From Candidatus Eiseniibacteriota bacterium (lineage in GTDB: Bacteria > Eisenbacteria > RBG-16-71-46), in the NCBI GenBank assembly GCA_963725865.1, contig CAVSAC010000012.1, positions 1,024,001 through 1,088,000 on the forward strand: 64,000 nt of DNA. The letters run 5' to 3'. Of the stretch, positions 59,824 to 64,000 are shown piece after piece. Below the pieces are notes generated by a model. It did not search any database and had not been told where the DNA came from. It saw only the letters and a program-made list of their open reading frames with translations. The position numbers and the translations under genes are program-made. Each line of letters opens with the position of its first letter. Within the stretch, counting starts at the first letter, position 1.

Positions 59824-60735
59824 ATGCTCCAGGGCAGGGCCGGAGTGGTGACGGGCGCGGGCCGCGGCATCGGCCGCGAGATCGCGCGTGCGCTGGCGCA
59901 TGCGGGCGCCGGGGTGGTGGTGAACGACGCCGGCGTGGCGGTCGACGGCGCGCCGTCGGGCGAGCGCCCCGCCGACGAGGCGGTGGCGACGATCGCGGCC
60001 GCCGGCGGCCGCGCGGTGGCGGACCACGGGTCGGTCGCGTCGTGGGACGACGCGCACGCCATGGTCGAGCGCTGCGTGCAGGCGTTCGGGCGCATCGACT
60101 TCGTCGTGAACAACGCCGGCATCCTGCGCGACGTCATGTTCCACAAGATGAGCGAGGCGGACTGGGACGCGGTCCTCGCGGTGCACCTGAAGGGCACGTT
60201 CAACGTCGCGCGCGCGGCGGCCGGGCGCTTCCGCGCGCAGGGCTCGGGGGCGGTGCTCAACATGACCTCCACGTCGGGCCTCATCGGCAATCTCGGCCAG
60301 GCCAACTACGCCGCCGCCAAGCTCGGCATCGTGGGACTCACGCGCTCGATCGCGCTCGACATGGCGCGGTTCGGCGTGCGCGCGAACGCGATCGCGCCGT
60401 TCGCCTGGACGCGCATCACCGGTACGCTGAGCGGCGGTGCCAGCGCCGCGGAGCGCTCCCGCGTGGAGGGGCTCCAGCGCCTGCGCGCCGACCAGGTCGC
60501 GCCGCTGGCGGTGGTGCTGGTCTCCGACGCGGCGCGCGCGGTGAGCGGGCAGGTGTTCGCCGTGCGCGGTGCGGAGCTGGTGCTGTTCTCGCTCCCTCGT
60601 CCCATCGTCAAGCTCCACGAGTCGGGCGGCTGGAGCACCGCGTCGGTGGCCGCCGCGCTCGCCGGGCCGCTGCGCGAGGCGTTCGTGCCGCTCGAGGTGA
60701 CCGCGGACGTGTTCCCGTACGACCCGCTGATGTGA
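59824..60735 (+). CDS. SDR oxidoreductase (3-hydroxyacyl-CoA dehydrogenase-like)
   Basis: TGAGRGIG, VVVND, NNAGILRD, GQANYAAAK. Confidence 0.92.
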   Translation: MLQGRAGVVTGAGRGIGREIARALAHAGAGVVVNDAGVAVDGAPSGERPADEAVATIAAAGGRAVADHGSVASWDDAHAMVERCVQAFGRIDFVVNNAGILRDVMFHKMSEADWDAVLAVHLKGTFNVARAAAGRFRAQGSGAVLNMTSTSGLIGNLGQANYAAAKLGIVGLTRSIALDMARFGVRANAIAPFAWTRITGTLSGGASAAERSRVEGLQRLRADQVAPLAVVLVSDAARAVSGQVFAVRGAELVLFSLPRPIVKLHESGGWSTASVAAALAGPLREAFVPLEVTADVFPYDPLM

Positions 60736-60745
60736 GCGCCGGGCG

Positions 60746-61633
60746 TCAGCGTGCGGGCTCGGCCGCCGCGAGCCGGCCGCTCGCCGCCAGCTGACGGTGA
60801 CGATAGGCGCCGAGCAGCGCCGCCCCGAACGCCCCCGCGAGGATCGCCTCCGGGTGGGTGACCATTCGCAGCGGCGCGCTGTGCGTCTTCTCGTCCCCTT
60901 CGTTGATGAGCGACTCGAGCCGCTCGAGCAGGCCGGCGTCCTGCGCCAGGCCGCCGGTCACCAGCACCACGTCCTCGGCGCCCACCGAACGCACCAGCCG
61001 CACCAGCCGGCCGGCGATGCTGTGATGGATGCCGCGCAGGATCTCGGCGGTGGTGATGCCGCGACTCACCATGTTGATGACGTCGGTCTCGGCCAGCACG
61101 GCGCAGATGCTCGACACCGGCTCGCTGCGGCGCGCCGAGAGCGAGAGCGCGCCGACGTCCGCCAGCGCCACGCCGAGGTAGCGCGCGATGTTCTCCAGGA
61201 ACTGTCCGCTGCCGCTCGCGCACTGGCTGGTCATGCGGTGCGCCAGCACCTTGCCGCGGCCGTCCATGCGGATCGCGCGCGCGTGGAGCGCGCCCACGTC
61301 GAGCGCCGCGCGCGCCTGCGGGACCAGGTGGAGCGCGCCCGCGGCGTGGGTGGTCATGCTGTAGAAGTGGCCGGTGCGGAACGGCACCGCGTCCCCGTCG
61401 CCGGTCGAGGCCACGTAGTCGAACCGGTCGGCGTTCAGCCCGGCCGCGGCGCACGCGCCCTCGAAGGTCCGCTGCGTGACCTCGTGGACGTTGCGGCGCC
61501 GGATGCGCTCGGTGGCGGTCGCGAGCGTGGTGGCCGGTGCGTGGGCCGGGCAGCGCAGGAGCGCGACCTTGATGGAGCTCGAGCCGACGTCGACGCCGGC
61601 GGTCAGCAGGGGCTGCAACGCGTTGTCGGGCAT
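60746..61633 (-). CDS. bcrD: Benzoyl-CoA reductase subunit D (BcrD/BadG)
   Basis: 'TAGVDVGS', 'YVASTGDG', 'GHFYSMTTHA', 'LDVGALH', 'MTSQCASGSGQFLENIARYLG', 'VSSICAVLAETDVINMVSRG'. Confidence 0.9.
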   Translation of the reverse strand: MPDNALQPLLTAGVDVGSSSIKVALLRCPAHAPATTLATATERIRRRNVHEVTQRTFEGACAAAGLNADRFDYVASTGDGDAVPFRTGHFYSMTTHAAGALHLVPQARAALDVGALHARAIRMDGRGKVLAHRMTSQCASGSGQFLENIARYLGVALADVGALSLSARRSEPVSSICAVLAETDVINMVSRGITTAEILRGIHHSIAGRLVRLVRSVGAEDVVLVTGGLAQDAGLLERLESLINEGDEKTHSAPLRMVTHPEAILAGAFGAALLGAYRHRQLAASGRLAAAEPAR

Positions 61634-61643
61634 GGGCTCCTCG

Positions 61644-63080
61644 TCATCCGTTCGTGTCGCTTCCGAACTGGCGGGCGGCCGGTTCGCTGGCGCCGCAGGG
61701 CGGCTCGTCGGCGGGCGGCTCGGCGGCGCGCCCGAAGTTGGGAAGGATGCCGGCGCGGCCGGCGCGCAGGTCGTCGAGCGCGAACAGCGCGGCGCCGCGC
61801 GCGCCCATGTAGATCGAATCGGCGTGGGTGTGCAGCGTGATGTCGTCGCCGTAGTGCTGGCGCACCAGCTCCTCGAGGATGCGAGTCGCCATCGGGTTCT
61901 TGCACACGCCGCCGGTGAACGTGAAGGCGTTCTCGATCCCGCCCGAGCGCGCGAGCAGCGACATCGCGCGCAGCATCATCGCGCGATGGAGTCCCGCGAG
62001 GATGTCGGAGCGGCTCTGCCCGAGCGCCAGCCGGTCGCGCAGCTCGGCGCCGGCGAACACCGTGCAGGTGGAGTTCACGCGCACCATCTTGCGGGCCTGC
62101 AACGCGAGCGGCCCCAGCTCGTGGAGGCCGAGGTTGAGCTCGTCGGCGATGTAGCCGAGGTAGCGCCCGCAGCCCGCCGCGCAGCGGTCGTTCATCTGGA
62201 ACGAGGTCACCACCCCCAGCTCGTTCACCTGGATCGCCTTGGTGTCCTGGCCGCCGATGTCGAGCACCGTGCGGGTGTCGGGGAACGAGTCGTGCGCGCC
62301 GCGGCCGTGGCAGAGGATCTCGCTGCGCACCGAGTCCTTGGGGAACGGCAGCGTCTGGCGCCCGTAACCGGTGCCCACGAACGCGGTCTCGTCGATCCGC
62401 GCGTCGGCGGCCTCGGTCAGCAGATGCTCGAGGGTCGCGCGCGCCGCGGCGCGGCGCGGCTCCGACGCGGGCGCGATACGCTCGAGGGCGCGGCGCATGA
62501 GCGCCGAGAAGGCCGGGCGGCGGAAGCGCACCTCGACGTCGAGGATCGCGCGGTCGAACAGCCCCACCAGGCGATCGAACGGGACGGCGCCGCCCGCGCT
62601 CACGCGCTCGGCACCGGCCATGAACGCGGCCGCGGCGAGGTCGCGGAAGAAGTCGCTCTTGCGCGGGGAGTCGCCGAGGAACAGCCCGGGCGCCTCGCGC
62701 TCCATCGCATCGAGCACCTCGCGGGCGGCGGGCTCGAGAGTCGCCCGCAGCGGACCCACCGCCGGATGCGCGAGGTGGCGCATCACCGCCTCGCGCAGCT
62801 CGGCCAGCTCCTCGAGGTACATCTCGAGCCGCAGCGCCTCGAACAGCAGGGGAGCCAGCGTGCGCGCCGCCTCCGCGCCCTCGCCCGCGAGTGCGGCGAT
62901 CGCGCGCTCGAGCAGGCTGCGCCGCGCCGACAGCAGCGCCTCCTCGTGGGCCACCGCGCACGCCACCTCGTAGTTGCTGCGGCTGTTCGTGATCCCCTGG
63001 CCGAGGATCGCGCCCTGCTCGTCCATCAGGACGGCCTTGGTGGTGGTGGAGCCCAGGTCGATGCCGACGACGCACCTCAT
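61644..63080 (-). CDS. bcrA: Benzoyl-CoA reductase subunit A (BcrA/BadF)
   Basis: 'GIDLGSTTTKAV', 'GITNSRSNY', 'RKSDFFRD', 'GTGYGR', 'SEILCHG', 'DIGGQDTK', 'MNDRCAAGCGRYL', 'STCTVFA'. Confidence 0.92.
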   Translation of the reverse strand: MRCVVGIDLGSTTTKAVLMDEQGAILGQGITNSRSNYEVACAVAHEEALLSARRSLLERAIAALAGEGAEAARTLAPLLFEALRLEMYLEELAELREAVMRHLAHPAVGPLRATLEPAAREVLDAMEREAPGLFLGDSPRKSDFFRDLAAAAFMAGAERVSAGGAVPFDRLVGLFDRAILDVEVRFRRPAFSALMRRALERIAPASEPRRAAARATLEHLLTEAADARIDETAFVGTGYGRQTLPFPKDSVRSEILCHGRGAHDSFPDTRTVLDIGGQDTKAIQVNELGVVTSFQMNDRCAAGCGRYLGYIADELNLGLHELGPLALQARKMVRVNSTCTVFAGAELRDRLALGQSRSDILAGLHRAMMLRAMSLLARSGGIENAFTFTGGVCKNPMATRILEELVRQHYGDDITLHTHADSIYMGARGAALFALDDLRAGRAGILPNFGRAAEPPADEPPCGASEPAARQFGSDTNG

Positions 63081-64000
63081 GCGAAGCCTCCGTGGCGGCG
63101 CGCCTCGAGCATCTGCAGGTAGGACTGGATGCGGTTCTCGATGTTCGCCTTGCCGAAGTAGCGCGGGTCCACCAGGTCGGACTCGATGAAGCCGCCCGGC
63201 ACGCCGGTGCGCTTCTCCAGCTCGCGCAGCATCAGGAGCTGTCCGGCGCTGAAGGAATTGCACGACTTGACGCTGTTGATGATGAAGCCGTCGGCGTGAT
63301 AGTCGCGGATGTAGCGCTCCAGCAGCGCGACGCGTGACGGCAGGCCGAGGTTCGTGTAGCAGCCGAGGCAGTAGTCGGCGAGGCTCTCGAGCGGGTTGCG
63401 CGCGTCGTGCCGGAAGCCGGTGTCGTAGAGCCCGCCCACGCGCGTGTAGGTGCTCGCCACCACCACCGCGCCCTCGCGCGAGAACATGCGCCAGAAATCG
63501 TTGAAGCTCGTCCAGTTCGGCGGACCCTCGACCACCAGTCGGTAGCGCTCCTCGCCGAGCGGACCATCGGGCGTGGTCGGCCCCTCGCCGCTCGCCATGC
63601 GCGCCTCGACCTCGGCGCGCAGCTCGCGGTAGTACGCCACCGCGTCCTCGGTGCCGCGGAACGCGCTGAAGATCGGCCCGATGTAGTACACGCCGCCGAA
63701 GTAGCCGTCGATCGGCGAGGGCCGGTGGCGCGCCGACTCCCAGACTGCGACCAGGTCGTCCTCGGCCGCGGCCGAGAGCGTCAGCCGGCGCGCCAGCTCG
63801 TCGAGGTCGAGCCGCCGGCCGGCCACGGCCTCGAGCGCGGGCACCACCTTGTCGCGCAGCTGCTCGACCACGTAGCGTCGCATCTCCGGGGTGATCACGC
63901 CGTCGGGCTGGTAGGGCACGTGGAGCATCACCACCGGACACTTGTACTGCTCGCGCAGCAGCTCGAACCACTTCATGAACGTGAAGCAGCCGGTGTAGGA
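63077..64000 (-). CDS. bcrB: Benzoyl-CoA reductase subunit B (BcrB/BadE), C-terminal part (runs off window end)
   Basis: 'YTGCFTFMKWFE', 'PSPIDGYFGGVYYIGP', 'VEGPPNW', 'YCLGCYTN', 'NSVKSCNSFSAGQ', 'ESDLVDPRYF'. Confidence 0.9.
   Translation of the reverse strand, partial: SYTGCFTFMKWFELLREQYKCPVVMLHVPYQPDGVITPEMRRYVVEQLRDKVVPALEAVAGRRLDLDELARRLTLSAAAEDDLVAVWESARHRPSPIDGYFGGVYYIGPIFSAFRGTEDAVAYYRELRAEVEARMASGEGPTTPDGPLGEERYRLVVEGPPNWTSFNDFWRMFSREGAVVVASTYTRVGGLYDTGFRHDARNPLESLADYCLGCYTNLGLPSRVALLERYIRDYHADGFIINSVKSCNSFSAGQLLMLRELEKRTGVPGGFIESDLVDPRYFGKANIENRIQSYLQMLEARRHGGFA

Overview
Very GC-rich bacterial chromosomal window with about 53 protein-coding genes. I found no rRNA, tRNA or CRISPR array. 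Several secreted proteins carry FlgD-Ig/T9SS-like C-terminal tails, which would fit an FCB-group lineage such as Ca. Eisenbacteria (inference only). The window encodes many peptidases (M3-like, PepD, M29, PepF, M2/ACE-like), citrate synthase, malic enzyme, IorAB with an ADP-forming acyl-CoA synthetase, thiolase and class I benzoyl-CoA reductase subunits, suggesting anaerobic peptide and aromatic catabolism. The best candidate for an undescribed system is 33.8-44.7 kb. It is a translationally coupled operon containing two glycine-cleavage-H-like proteins that lack the lipoyl lysine: one has an N-terminal 4-Cys motif, the other is fused to a membrane-anchored receiver domain. They flank a hexaheme c7-type cytochrome, a HybA/HybB (NrfC/NrfD)-like pair with no catalytic subunit, and a CxxCH-containing kinase. 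A divergent second CxxCH kinase and a sigma54 activator face the operon across a candidate sigma54 promoter and enhancer palindrome. Other notable items are a lone attC-like gene cassette, an unannotated 33-aa very basic protein, an orphan BMC-T shell gene, a circularly permuted TrxR-like/ferredoxin membrane fusion, and an HNH nuclease with an SOS-box-like, hairpin-rich upstream region. Two genes carry single-base frameshifts. All calls come from reading the sequence; no database searches were run.
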